From Occultella glacieicola (GTDB lineage Bacteria; Actinomycetota; Actinomycetes; Actinomycetales; Beutenbergiaceae): DNA of 64,000 nt. The notes under the pieces are model-generated. The model worked only from the letters and a program-made list of their open reading frames with translations. It ran no database searches and was not told the origin of the DNA. Within the stretch, counting starts at the first letter, position 1. Each line of letters opens with the position of its first letter. Positions 9,972 to 21,615 of this stretch are shown one piece after another. The stretch is taken from contig NZ_SMNA01000015.1 in NCBI RefSeq assembly GCF_004353825.1, positions 62,001 to 126,000 of the forward strand, in the 5' to 3' direction. The position numbers and the translations under genes were made by a program.

Positions 9972-10541
9972 TCATCGGTCGCCGGTGGCGCCGTCCTCGC
10001 CGTCCTCGGCGACCTCGGTGGCGGTGAGTGCGTCGAGGAAGCCGATCACGACGGCGCGATCGGCCGGGGTGAGTTCCGCGGCCACGGTGAACCGCCGCGC
10101 GTGCTGGCGTCCCACGCTCTCGCGGGCGTCCTTGCGGGTCGCGTCGGTCACGGCGACGGTCAGGGCTCGCCTGTCGCTGGGGTGTGGACCGCGGCGTACA
10201 TGCCCACCCTTCTCGAGCCGGTCGAGCAACTTCGTTGTGGACGCGGTGGAGATGCCCAGATAGTCCGTCAGGGCACCGGGCGTCACGAGACGCTTTTGAT
10301 GGTGCGCGGCAATCAGGTAGCGCAGGGCGCGCATGTCCGTCTCGTTCAGGCGCATGTACCGGCGCGACGACTCGCTCATCCGCTCCGCGGCCTCATGCCA
10401 GTTCCGCAGCGCATTCATGACCTCGACGACCTGTTCGACGTCGGCATCGCTCAGGCCCCGCCGATCGACCAGCTCACCGGTCGAGTCGCCGATGCGTGGA
10501 TCGTGCATGCTTGCTGCGACCTCGTCACGCTTCCCTGCCAC
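9972..10541 (-). CDS. MarR family transcriptional regulator
   Basis: LNETDMRALRYL, TPGAL..YLGISTASTTKLLDRLEKGGHVRR.PHPSDRR; TAGCAT -10 lies 7 nt before the GTG (leaderless). Confidence 0.92.
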   Translation of the reverse strand: MAGKRDEVAASMHDPRIGDSTGELVDRRGLSDADVEQVVEVMNALRNWHEAAERMSESSRRYMRLNETDMRALRYLIAAHHQKRLVTPGALTDYLGISTASTTKLLDRLEKGGHVRRGPHPSDRRALTVAVTDATRKDARESVGRQHARRFTVAAELTPADRAVVIGFLDALTATEVAEDGEDGATGDR

Positions 10542-10626
10542 GGCCTCAATGCTAGCCGAGGAGGGTGAATAGTGCTAGGTTGGCAACGCGCTAAGCAAGT
10601 ATCTAGATAGGAAAGATGATTTGGCC
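10542..10626. promoter_or_regulatory. Divergent MarR/MMPL promoter region with candidate operator
   Basis: AT-rich; perfect palindrome TATCTAGATA at 10600-10609; two TGCTAG motifs. Confidence 0.45.
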
Positions 10627-12831
10627 ATGCAGAGGACCTCGACGACCAACGAACCGAACTCGCCGGGTCGGTCCTCGCGGTGGCTGCGGATCCTGATCCC
10701 GGTGCTCCTGGTCGGGGCCTGGCTGGCCGCAGCGGCGATCGGTGGACCGTACTTCGGCCGGGTCGACGAGGTCTCCACCAACGACCAGACCTCGTTCCTG
10801 CCGGCCAGCGCCGACGCCACGAAGGTCGCCGACCTCCGGTCGGAGTTCGCCGGGGCGGAGACGATCCCGGCCATCGTCGTCTATACCTCCGAGGCCGAGC
10901 TCACCGAAGCGGAACTCACCGAGATCGCGGGTTCGACGGCGGAACTCACCGAGGTCCCCGGCGTCACCGGGGAGGTCTCACCGCCGGTGCCGTCGACGGA
11001 CGGCCTGGCCGTGCAGGTGTTCCTGTCCATCGACCCGGACGCGGACGTCCCCGAGACGGTCGACGCGCTGCGGGAGGAGGTCCGGGCGAGTGTGCCCGAC
11101 GGCGTCGAGGTGCACGTCACCGGGCCGGCCGGGTTCACCGCGGACCTGGTCGACGCGTTCGGCGGCATCGACGGGATCCTGCTCATGGTGGCCCTGGGCG
11201 CCGTGTTCGTGATCCTCGTGATCGTCTACCGCTCCCCGTTCCTGCCGCTCGTGGTGCTGACCACGAGCATGAGCGCGCTCTGCGCGGCCCTGCTCACGGT
11301 CTGGTGGCTCGCGAAGGCCGGGATCGTGCTGCTCACCGGCCAGACGCAGGGCATCCTGTTCATCCTGGTCATCGGTGCGGCCACCGACTATGCGCTGCTG
11401 TACGTGGCGCGCTACCGCGAGGCGCTACGCCGCGTCCCGACCGCGTGGGGTGCCACGAAGGTGGCGCTGCGGGGTTCGGTCGAACCGATCGTCGCCTCGG
11501 GCGGAACGGTGATCGCGGCCCTGCTGTGCCTGCTGCTGTCCGACCTGAACTCCAACAAGTCGCTCGGCCCGGTCGCCGCGATCGGGATCGTGTTCGCCCT
11601 GCTCGCCGCACTCACGTTGCTTCCCGCCCTGCTGCTGCTGACCGGCCGCGGCGTGTTCTGGCCGCGCCGGCCGGTGTATGACGAGAGCATCGGCGACGAG
11701 GACGAGGTGCCCACGACGGGCCTGTGGGCCCGCCTCAGCCGGGCCATCGCGAACCGGCCGAACCAGATCTGGATCGTGACCGCCGTCGCCCTGCTGATCG
11801 CCTGCGCGTTCGTGCCCCAGCTCAAGGCCTCGGGCGTCCCGAGCAGCGACTTCGTGCTCACCGCCTCGGACGCCCGGGACGGGCAGGAGGCGCTCGGCGA
11901 ACACTTCGCCGGCGGGTCCGGTACGCCCGCACTCGTCGTCGTCGACGCCGATGATCTCGAGGTGGCCGCGACCACGATCCTGGAGAACCCGGGCGTCGAT
12001 GCGCTCACGGTGGTCAGCGCGGACTCGCCGAGCGGCTCCGCGGTGGTGACCGCCGACGGTGTGCAGCCGCCCGGCGAGGGCGCGCCCGCGCCCGCGCCGA
12101 CCGAGGTCGACGGCCGGGTCCTGCTCCAGGCCACGCTCACCGACCCACCGGACTCCGACGCGGCCGAGGACACGGTCCGGGAGTTGCGCGATGCCCTCGG
12201 CGACGACGCCCTGATCGGTGGGGAGACCGCGACCGCGGTGGACTCCAACGACGCCTCGACCCGGGACCGGACCCTGCTGATCCCGCTCATCCTGGCGGTC
12301 ATCGCGGTGATCCTGATGGTGCTGCTGCGAGCGATCCTGGCCCCGGTGCTGCTGGTCGCGACCGTCGTGCTGTCCTTCGGCGCGTCGATGGGGGTCTCGG
12401 CGCTGGTCTTCAACCACGTCCTCGGCTTCCCGGGGGCGGACCCGGCCGTGCCGCTGTTCGGGTTCGTGTTCCTGGTGGCGCTCGGGATCGACTACAACAT
12501 CTTCCTGATGAGCCGGGTCCGCGAGGAGTCGCTCGTGCACGGCACCCGCAGCGGCATCCTGCGCGGACTCTCCCTGACCGGGGGAGTGATCACGTCGGCG
12601 GGCGTGGTGCTCGCCGCGACGTTCGCGGCGCTGGCCGTCATCCCGATCCTGTTCCTGGCCCAGCTCGCGTTCATCGTGGCGTTCGGGGTGCTCCTGGACA
12701 CGATCGTGGTGCGCTCGCTGCTCGTGCCCGCGCTGTCCTACTCGATCGGGCGAAGCATCTGGTGGCCGTCCGCCCTGGCGAAGGGTGCTCACGCGGCCGA
12801 ACGCGCCTCCGAGAGCAGCGAACGCAGGTAG
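10627..12831 (+). CDS. MMPL family (RND) transporter
   Basis: Two MMPL repeats; GAATDYALLYVARYREAL and ALGIDYNIFLMSRVREE motifs. Confidence 0.94.
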   Translation: MQRTSTTNEPNSPGRSSRWLRILIPVLLVGAWLAAAAIGGPYFGRVDEVSTNDQTSFLPASADATKVADLRSEFAGAETIPAIVVYTSEAELTEAELTEIAGSTAELTEVPGVTGEVSPPVPSTDGLAVQVFLSIDPDADVPETVDALREEVRASVPDGVEVHVTGPAGFTADLVDAFGGIDGILLMVALGAVFVILVIVYRSPFLPLVVLTTSMSALCAALLTVWWLAKAGIVLLTGQTQGILFILVIGAATDYALLYVARYREALRRVPTAWGATKVALRGSVEPIVASGGTVIAALLCLLLSDLNSNKSLGPVAAIGIVFALLAALTLLPALLLLTGRGVFWPRRPVYDESIGDEDEVPTTGLWARLSRAIANRPNQIWIVTAVALLIACAFVPQLKASGVPSSDFVLTASDARDGQEALGEHFAGGSGTPALVVVDADDLEVAATTILENPGVDALTVVSADSPSGSAVVTADGVQPPGEGAPAPAPTEVDGRVLLQATLTDPPDSDAAEDTVRELRDALGDDALIGGETATAVDSNDASTRDRTLLIPLILAVIAVILMVLLRAILAPVLLVATVVLSFGASMGVSALVFNHVLGFPGADPAVPLFGFVFLVALGIDYNIFLMSRVREESLVHGTRSGILRGLSLTGGVITSAGVVLAATFAALAVIPILFLAQLAFIVAFGVLLDTIVVRSLLVPALSYSIGRSIWWPSALAKGAHAAERASESSERR

Positions 12832-13763
12832 CGGGCGATCTGCACCGGCCCGCTGCGCGGTGCGACGGCCTCGACCTCGGCGTTGTAGTTCGTGTTCGTG
12901 TTCACGTCGTAGGTGAGCACACGTCCGTCCGCGGACTCCAGGAACTCGATGCCGGCGATCTCGATCCCGTGCGCGGCGGTGAACGCGAGGTAGGACTCCA
13001 CGAGCGTCGGATCGACGTGCTCGCGCAACGAGAACAACGACTGGCCCGGGATCGGGGCGAGGGTGGCGCCGGGCGGCAGGATCGGGCGGCCGGTCTCCGG
13101 GTCCAGGGCGCACGCGTCCGCCGGGCAGAGCTGGAACCCGCCGTGCACCGTGTCCGCGCGGATCGCGTACACGAACTCCCCGCCGACGAGCTCCACCCGG
13201 GTGATCGACCCGTCGACCGGGGCGACGTACTCCTGCAGGAGCGTGACGCCGTCGACCGGCTCCTCGTACTCGCCGGCGGCGAGGTCCCCGGCCAGGTCGG
13301 CGACGGCGTCGTAGCGGCGCACCCCCAGGCCCTTGCCGCCCTGGTTGTGCTTGGTGACGAACGGCGTCGGGAAGCCGGCGGCCGCGGCGAGCAGGCCGTC
13401 GGTGCCGATGACCACCCGGGTGAGCGGGACCTCGATCCCCGCCGCGCGCAGGGCGGTCAGCTGGACCACCTTGGACACCTCGAACTCGAGCACGCCGCGG
13501 CCGTTCACCACCCGCCGGCCGGCGGCCTCGGCCCAGGCGAGCACGGCGCGGGTGTGCTCCTTGGCGCCGGCGTGGCCGCGGGTGTGCGCGGAGGCGCTGA
13601 ACCGGGACCAGTACACCCCCGGCGGGGGCTCGGCGCCGAGATCCAGGGCGCCGCCGGTGAGCAGCCACTCCCGGTACGGCACCCCCTCGGCGCCGAAGGC
13701 GGCCGCGAACGGCGCGAACCAGTCCGGGTTCTCGTGGATGACGTGCACGACGGGTTCGGTCAC
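12789..13763 (-). CDS. ATP-grasp protein (RimK/alpha-L-glutamate ligase-like)
   Basis: HENPDW, RFSASAHTRGH, VTKHNQGGKGLGV, LLQEY, GIEF..YDVNTNTNYN. Confidence 0.85.
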   Translation of the reverse strand: MTEPVVHVIHENPDWFAPFAAAFGAEGVPYREWLLTGGALDLGAEPPPGVYWSRFSASAHTRGHAGAKEHTRAVLAWAEAAGRRVVNGRGVLEFEVSKVVQLTALRAAGIEVPLTRVVIGTDGLLAAAAGFPTPFVTKHNQGGKGLGVRRYDAVADLAGDLAAGEYEEPVDGVTLLQEYVAPVDGSITRVELVGGEFVYAIRADTVHGGFQLCPADACALDPETGRPILPPGATLAPIPGQSLFSLREHVDPTLVESYLAFTAAHGIEIAGIEFLESADGRVLTYDVNTNTNYNAEVEAVAPRSGPVQIARYLRSLLSEARSAA

Positions 13764-13779
13764 GCTGGTGCCCCTCGGC

Positions 13780-14163
13780 TCAGGGCCAGACGCGCGCACG
13801 CTCGGCGAAGTCCTTCGTCTGCACGGGCACGATGCAGAACACCAGCCCACCGGGATCGGTCAGGACGCGGTACTCGTCGTGCTCCACCACCACGCGCGCA
13901 CCGAGTTCGAGCAGGCGCGCCGTCTCGGCCGGGACGTCATCGGTCTCGATGTCCAGGTGCACGCCCGGCGGCGTGCCGGTACCGGTGCGCTGCAGGTACA
14001 GGCTGACGTCGCCACCCAGCGCGGCCAGATGCTCGTAGGGCTGCTCCGCGGCCGGATCGCCGGTGGCCGACCCGCCGGTGGCGGCCGCCCAGAATCGGGC
14101 CGCCTCCGGGTAGCGGTCCGCGGGGTGGTCGATGAGGACGACGCCGATCCGACTCCGGTGCAT
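13780..14163 (-). CDS. VOC/glyoxalase family protein
   Basis: AARFWAAA, VHLDIETDDVPAETARLLELGA, VLTDPGGLVFCIV; TACCGT 7 nt before ATG. Confidence 0.88.
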   Translation of the reverse strand: MHRSRIGVVLIDHPADRYPEAARFWAAATGGSATGDPAAEQPYEHLAALGGDVSLYLQRTGTGTPPGVHLDIETDDVPAETARLLELGARVVVEHDEYRVLTDPGGLVFCIVPVQTKDFAERARVWP

Positions 14164-14201
14164 GGTGGACACGGTATCGGTCGTCGCCGGGCCGCGTCCC
14201 C

Positions 14202-14744
14202 TCAGCCGTTGAACACCTGGGGCTGCTCGTCCTCCGGTTCGTCGTCGACGTCGGTGCTGGTGACGTCGTCCAGGTAGCGACCAACCGGACCGGCGTACTC
14301 GCTCAGACTGTCCCGCAGGCCTTCGAGCGCCACGACGGCGGCACGCCGGTCATCGCCCAGGTCCAGGAGAGTGAGGGCCAGGAACGCGCGAGCGGACGCG
14401 GCGTAGGGCGCCACGAGCGTGGAGTCCAGCTCGGCCCAGAGCAGGTCCGCGGCCTCGGTCGCCCGGCCGAGGTTGCGAAGCGTCGACGCGAGCTGGATCA
14501 CCGCCTGCTGGTGGTGCTCCGGGTCGAGCCCACCCGAGAGGGCCCGGCGGTAGGGTGCCTCGGCTCGGTCCTCCTGGCCGGCGAAGTCGTAGGCGCCGGC
14601 CAGCTCGAACGCGGCGAGCGGGTCCCGCTCGTGCCCGGCGACCAGCGCCTCGATCTGCGCCAGGACCTCATCGGGATCGCGGCCCTGCGCGGTCGCCCAG
14701 ATCTCGGCAACCTTCTCGTGCCAGTTCGGTTCGGCGGAGTTCAT
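14202..14744 (-). CDS. Tetratricopeptide repeat protein
   Basis: FELAGAYDFAGQEDRAEAPYRRAL..AVIQLASTLRNLGR helical repeat pattern. Confidence 0.8.
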   Translation of the reverse strand: MNSAEPNWHEKVAEIWATAQGRDPDEVLAQIEALVAGHERDPLAAFELAGAYDFAGQEDRAEAPYRRALSGGLDPEHHQQAVIQLASTLRNLGRATEAADLLWAELDSTLVAPYAASARAFLALTLLDLGDDRRAAVVALEGLRDSLSEYAGPVGRYLDDVTSTDVDDEPEDEQPQVFNG

Positions 14745-14771
14745 GGGCCCATGATGGCGTACCGGGGCCGG

Positions 14772-17700
14772 TCATGGCTCGATCGGCAGGAACCGCACCG
14801 CACTGGTGCGGTGGAACGCGGTGTTGCGAACCTCCAGGGTGACGTTCCCGGCGATGCCCGACGCGAAGTCGTAGGTGCCGAGCGGGCGCCAGTTGTTCGC
14901 CGCCGACCGCTGGCTGATGACGACCTCGTCGACGCCGCCGGCGTGCGTGACCACATAGGCGGCGGAGTCCGTGGTCTCGGCGTTGCTCGGGTACCACACG
15001 GCCACTTCGTAGGTGCCGGACGCAGGGAGGTCCGGCATCCAGGTCGCCGTGCCACCGACCGTCTCCGGCGCGCTGTACCGGGACCGGATGCCGTTCCAGC
15101 CGGTCAGCGAGCTGCGCAGCCACGCGCCGGTCTCGGTGTACGCGGGAGCTTGCAGCTCGTTGTGGATCACGAGGCCGGCGTCCCGGATCCGGGCTCGCAC
15201 GATCGCGGTGTGGACCGTGTCCCAGCGCACCCGGAACTGGTAGGCGGAGCCGTAGCTGGCGCTCGTCGGGGACACCACGTCCCAGGTGTGGGTGTACACC
15301 TCGCCGGGCGCCACGGTCACCTGGGCCTGACGGTCGGTGATCTGCCAGCCGGTCTGGCCGGCGAGATCGAGCGGCCCCGACGCCGGTGCGCCACCGGCAT
15401 TCATGATCGTGGCGGTGAACTGCGCCGCCTCGCCCGGTGCCTGCAGGACCTCCGGGGTGACCCGCAGGGACAGGACGGCGCGTCCGTCGCGCACGGTCAG
15501 CTGGGCCGGCTCCAGGTCCGCGGTGCCGCCCGTCCAGGAGGCGACGGCGGTGAGCGGGTGGGCGCCGAGTGAGGCCCCGGCGGACACGGTCAGGGTGTAG
15601 CTGGCGCTCGCGGTCCCGCCGGCGGGCACGTCGGTCGGGGCGTCGACCGGCGTCAGGGTCCACCCGTCCGGGACGGTCGGTGTCACCACGAGAGCGGCCA
15701 GTGCCGCGTCCCGGCCGTTGCGGACGGTCACGGACAGGTCGACGGTGTCGCCCGCCGTCGCGGACGTCGGCCCACCGATCTCCCCGCCGACGGCGCCGGT
15801 CGCGACCCCGGCGACGGCCGGCGGCACGTGCAGGGTCACCTCGTCCGTGGTCACGCTCGCGGTGAGGACCTGGTAGCTGAACGTGGCCGCGAGATCGTCG
15901 ACGCCGATCGTCCACTCGTTCGGGTAGGCCTTCGGCGGTGTTTCCTGGCTCGGTCCGTCGCCGATCCGGTACCGGAGCGTGGCGGCCTCCTCGGTGTCGA
16001 TGTAGACGTACGCGTCGTAGCCGGCCGCGTCCGGCCGGACCAGCAGGGTGCCGCGGGTGAGCCCGAAGTCCGAGTCCGGGTCGGTGTCCTCGCTGTGGTG
16101 CGAGGCGAGGCCGCGGTCCACGCCGCCGGGCTCCCTCTGCCAGGGGGCGGCGATGGCGACGTCCCGGATCACGACGGAGGCGATCCCCTTCGGGGGCACC
16201 TGGAGCACCACCTGTCCGGCGACGGCCGTACGCGACCTGCGGGCGCCGTCGGGCGTGACGATCTCGACGGCGTTGCGGCGGACGCCGCTCGCGCCGAGCC
16301 CGGTCAGGGCGTTCGCCACGTCGATTCGCACCGTCTGGGCCTGCGCGGACGAGTTCGTCAGGCTCACGTACAGCGAGTCGTTCCCGACGCCGGCGAGCCA
16401 GTTCACGAGCGGGTTGTCGACCTCGATCAGACCCTTCGGGAAGTACGGCCAGACGCCGTCCTCGCCGTAGAACGTGCCCGGGCGGTGCCCGTAGGTGCTG
16501 AACTTGAAGTAGACGAAGTTCGCCTCGAAGGCGCGCGGGTAGTCGACCGCGCCGTTCGAGCGCACGAAATGCTCGCTGAACAGGTAGTCGAGGGCGAGCG
16601 CGAGCTGACCGGGTGCGTGATGGAAGTACACCCCGGACACGCCGACCGGACCCGTGAGCGGGAAGTCCGGCCGCATCGGCGCGGCCTGGTGCTGGCGGCT
16701 GTAGTACCCCGGGTAGTTCCCGAACCGGCCGACCACCAGGTTCTCGGCGATGTCGCCGAGCAGCTCGTCCCCGGTGTAGTGGGCCAGCCGCAGCAACGAG
16801 CCGGCCCAGCACGGGTTCAGGACGAACCCGCCGCCGGGGTTGGGGGTGGTGGAGTCGCCGACCTTCAGGGTGGAGAGCTGCTCGAAGGTCAGACCGTTCG
16901 TGGACACGGTCCACGCCGGCACCTCCTCGGGACTCACGTCCGTGGCGGGGTAGTCGGGCAGGGCGGACGGGGCCCAGTCGTACTGCTGCAGGACCGTCGG
17001 GCCCTCGCCGACCGTGACGTCGCCGCCCGGAACCGGCCGCAGCTGGGTCTGGGTGACGAACCGCCGTGCCTCCAGGTGGGCGCCGGCGAGGAAGACGTCC
17101 TCGCCGGTGAGTTCGTAGAGCAGTACCAGGTCGGACCAATACCGGCTGTAGCCGTAGCCGAAGGAGGACTCGCCGTTGTTCGTCGTGTACGGCGTCTCGA
17201 TGTCGTCGTGCACGTACGCCTCGGCGATCAGGCGGGCTTGCCGCAGCCAGGACGGGTCCCCGGTCAGCTCGTGAGCCGCGAGCGCGACGGCGAACGGGCT
17301 CCGGTGCCCGCCCTGCTTGTTCGCCAGCGCGAGCTCGAGACCGCGGGCGTGCACGCCGCCGTTCTGGCGGCGGGTGAGCTGGTCGATGGCGTTGAGCGTG
17401 ACCGCGTCGAACGGGATGCCGCCGAGGCGGTACAGGTTCACGTCACCGTAGACGTCGCTGCCCTTGATCGGGGTGAACCCGGTGCCGGTCCGGGACAGGT
17501 GGTACTCGATCATGTCCCGGGCGCGGCGGGTGTAGAGGTCGGTGCCCGCCTCGGACCCGACGGGCGTGGTCAGGTAGTGCGCCGAGAGCAGCACCGCGGC
17601 GACGGCGGTGCGCACCGCATCGTCGTTCTCGACGTCGATGAAACCCTTCGCCCGGCTCCACCAGCCCGAGTGGGAGGGCACGAAGTCGACCGAGTCGTCC

Positions 17701-18764
17701 GCATCGGGGCCGTTGCCGAGCAGCTCGACCAGGTTGTGGATGGCGTCCGTGAGTGAGGTGTCGTAGACGTTCTGCCGGTAGCTGGAGTAGGCGTACTCGC
17801 CGCGAGCGAGGTCGGTGTAGGCGTCATGGAGCGCGGTGGGCAGCGCGCACACCCCGAGGGCATGGCCGCGCTTCTCGCCGGCCGCCATCGGGGTCCGGCG
17901 GCCCACCTGCGGGGCGTAGGCGGAGGGCACCACGTCGAGGGAGTCGTTGCGCAGGCTCAGGCCGAACGGCTGCCGGTCCGCGCCGAGTGCCCGCTCGTGC
18001 TCGAACGCGAGGACCTCGGCAGGGATAAAGACGCCGAGCGTGGCGACCTGAGCGCCGAGTGTGCGCTGGGTCAGGGTCATCGGGGCGAACATCTCCCACG
18101 CGGACTTGGGTGCGTAGTCGTTATGGACCACCCGCGCGTGCTGCAGGGCTCCGCAGAGCACCTCGTCCACGCCGGCCAGGTCGGTGACGTCGAAACTCTG
18201 GTAGCCGACCAGGAAGTCGTCGTCGCGCAGCGCCTCGAGCGTGTACTGGAGTTCGGGGTTGTCACCATCGAGGGACCAGCGCAGCACGAGGTCGAACACG
18301 CCCTCGGCGGCCGCGTGCAGCTCCACCGTGCGCTCGCCGACCTGGGTGCAGGAGTCGAACGCCACCCAGTGCGTCTCGAGGGCGTCGTAGATGTAGAGGG
18401 AGTCGCCCTCGGTGGCGCCGGTGAAGACGACCCACTGCTCGTCGAAACGGCCCGCCTCGGTGGTCACGGGCACCCAGGCGCCGCCGACGGCGATCTCCAG
18501 GTCCCGGACCACGGTGCGGCCGCCGTCCCAGACCGCGTCCGAGAAGGTGACGCGGTGCCGCGGCCCCGTGAGCGTGGTGATCGGGGTGACGGTCAGGTTC
18601 GGCTTGTCCACCCGGCGCAGCGCGTCTGCGGGCAGCGGCGGCGCCGTCGTGTCGCGGGGACGCGGCCCGCGGGAGGCAGCCTGGGCGGGATCGGCAAGGG
18701 CGCCGACGACCGGAGGAAGAACAGCCGCGGTCAGGAGCAGCCGCACGGCGTTCCTGCGGCTCAT
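14772..18764 (-). CDS. Large Tat-secreted protein: unrecognised N-terminal core, NEW3-like Ig domains, C-terminal golvesin/xanthan-lyase CBM-like domain
   Basis: MSRRNAVRLLL...AQA Tat signal (alternative ATGs at 18794/18812); VPDGWT..DVPAGGTAS NEW3-like segment; C-terminal ATWMPDLPASGTYEVAVWYP...QR..NNWRPLGTYDF; strong coding bias. Confidence 0.75.
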   Translation of the reverse strand: MSRRNAVRLLLTAAVLPPVVGALADPAQAASRGPRPRDTTAPPLPADALRRVDKPNLTVTPITTLTGPRHRVTFSDAVWDGGRTVVRDLEIAVGGAWVPVTTEAGRFDEQWVVFTGATEGDSLYIYDALETHWVAFDSCTQVGERTVELHAAAEGVFDLVLRWSLDGDNPELQYTLEALRDDDFLVGYQSFDVTDLAGVDEVLCGALQHARVVHNDYAPKSAWEMFAPMTLTQRTLGAQVATLGVFIPAEVLAFEHERALGADRQPFGLSLRNDSLDVVPSAYAPQVGRRTPMAAGEKRGHALGVCALPTALHDAYTDLARGEYAYSSYRQNVYDTSLTDAIHNLVELLGNGPDADDSVDFVPSHSGWWSRAKGFIDVENDDAVRTAVAAVLLSAHYLTTPVGSEAGTDLYTRRARDMIEYHLSRTGTGFTPIKGSDVYGDVNLYRLGGIPFDAVTLNAIDQLTRRQNGGVHARGLELALANKQGGHRSPFAVALAAHELTGDPSWLRQARLIAEAYVHDDIETPYTTNNGESSFGYGYSRYWSDLVLLYELTGEDVFLAGAHLEARRFVTQTQLRPVPGGDVTVGEGPTVLQQYDWAPSALPDYPATDVSPEEVPAWTVSTNGLTFEQLSTLKVGDSTTPNPGGGFVLNPCWAGSLLRLAHYTGDELLGDIAENLVVGRFGNYPGYYSRQHQAAPMRPDFPLTGPVGVSGVYFHHAPGQLALALDYLFSEHFVRSNGAVDYPRAFEANFVYFKFSTYGHRPGTFYGEDGVWPYFPKGLIEVDNPLVNWLAGVGNDSLYVSLTNSSAQAQTVRIDVANALTGLGASGVRRNAVEIVTPDGARRSRTAVAGQVVLQVPPKGIASVVIRDVAIAAPWQREPGGVDRGLASHHSEDTDPDSDFGLTRGTLLVRPDAAGYDAYVYIDTEEAATLRYRIGDGPSQETPPKAYPNEWTIGVDDLAATFSYQVLTASVTTDEVTLHVPPAVAGVATGAVGGEIGGPTSATAGDTVDLSVTVRNGRDAALAALVVTPTVPDGWTLTPVDAPTDVPAGGTASASYTLTVSAGASLGAHPLTAVASWTGGTADLEPAQLTVRDGRAVLSLRVTPEVLQAPGEAAQFTATIMNAGGAPASGPLDLAGQTGWQITDRQAQVTVAPGEVYTHTWDVVSPTSASYGSAYQFRVRWDTVHTAIVRARIRDAGLVIHNELQAPAYTETGAWLRSSLTGWNGIRSRYSAPETVGGTATWMPDLPASGTYEVAVWYPSNAETTDSAAYVVTHAGGVDEVVISQRSAANNWRPLGTYDFASGIAGNVTLEVRNTAFHRTSAVRFLPIEP

Positions 18765-18794
18765 TCCATCAGAAGAGCCATTGATGATCTGCAT

Positions 18795-18847
18795 ACTCGA
18801 CGTCGAGTTCATATAGTGATTCAACGAACCATCAGTCCCGGTGTCAA
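18795..18847 (-). promoter_or_regulatory. Promoter/operator region of the large secreted protein
   Basis: Minus-strand TTGACA near 18842-18847; perfect 14-bp palindrome ACTCGACGTCGAGT at 18795-18808. Confidence 0.45.
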
Positions 18848-18965
18848 GGGTTCTTCGTGAGTCATCCCAGGGGTCGGACGCACTGCTCGCCCGGGGTCCC
18901 GACCCGACGGTGGCGTCCGGGCGGGCGACGGCGGACAATGGTCACCTCGACGAGGTGGCGAGCCG

Positions 18966-20887
<1,922 letters not shown>

Positions 20888-20892
20888 TCCCG

Positions 20893-21615
20893 GTGGCCAC
20901 GACCACCCGCACCGTGGCCCTGGAGATCGCGATCACCGGGGTCCAGGGCGCCCGCGCCGCACTCGACGGGGGCGCGGACCGGGTCGAACTGTGCAGCGGA
21001 CTCGAGGTGGGCGGGCTGACGCCGAGCCTCGGCCTCGTGGACGCCGTGGTCGCCACCGGTATCGACGTGCACGTGCTGGTTCGCCCCCGCCCGGGTGGGT
21101 TCGTGTTCACCGCCACCGAGGTGGAGGTCATGGTCCGCGACCTGGAGCACCTCGTGGACGCGGGCGTGGCCGGCGTGGTGATCGGGGCGCTCACGCCCGA
21201 CGGCGGTCTCGACCGGCACGCCGTCAAGTCGCTGGTGCGCGCGGCCGAGGGGCGCGACGTCACGTTCCACAGGGCCCTGGACGTGGTCGCCGATCGTCCC
21301 CGTGCTCTCGGCGAGCTCGCCGATCTCGGCGTCCGTCGGGTGCTCACGTCCGGCGGCACCGCGCGGGCCGTCGACGGCCTCGCGGTCCTGGCCGACCTCG
21401 CCAGGGCGGCGTTCGGCCGGATCGAGGTGATGGCCGGCGGCCGCGTGGACCCCGAGCACATCCCGTTGCTGCTCGAGTCCGGGGTGGACGCGGTGCATCT
21501 GTCCGCCCGAGTGCCCCGTGAGGACGCCGGGGCCTCCGGGCCGGGTGGTGGCCCGGCCGCCTACTCGGTCGCGGACCCGGTGATGATCGCGCACGCGGCG
21601 GCTGCTCTGACATGA
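20893..21615 (+). CDS. cutC: CutC family TIM-barrel protein
   Basis: C-terminal part of ORF 20500..21615: LEIA, GGADRVELC..LEVGGLTPS, VRPRPGGF, TFHRALD, RVLTSGG. Confidence 0.92.
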   Translation: MATTTRTVALEIAITGVQGARAALDGGADRVELCSGLEVGGLTPSLGLVDAVVATGIDVHVLVRPRPGGFVFTATEVEVMVRDLEHLVDAGVAGVVIGALTPDGGLDRHAVKSLVRAAEGRDVTFHRALDVVADRPRALGELADLGVRRVLTSGGTARAVDGLAVLADLARAAFGRIEVMAGGRVDPEHIPLLLESGVDAVHLSARVPREDAGASGPGGGPAAYSVADPVMIAHAAAALT

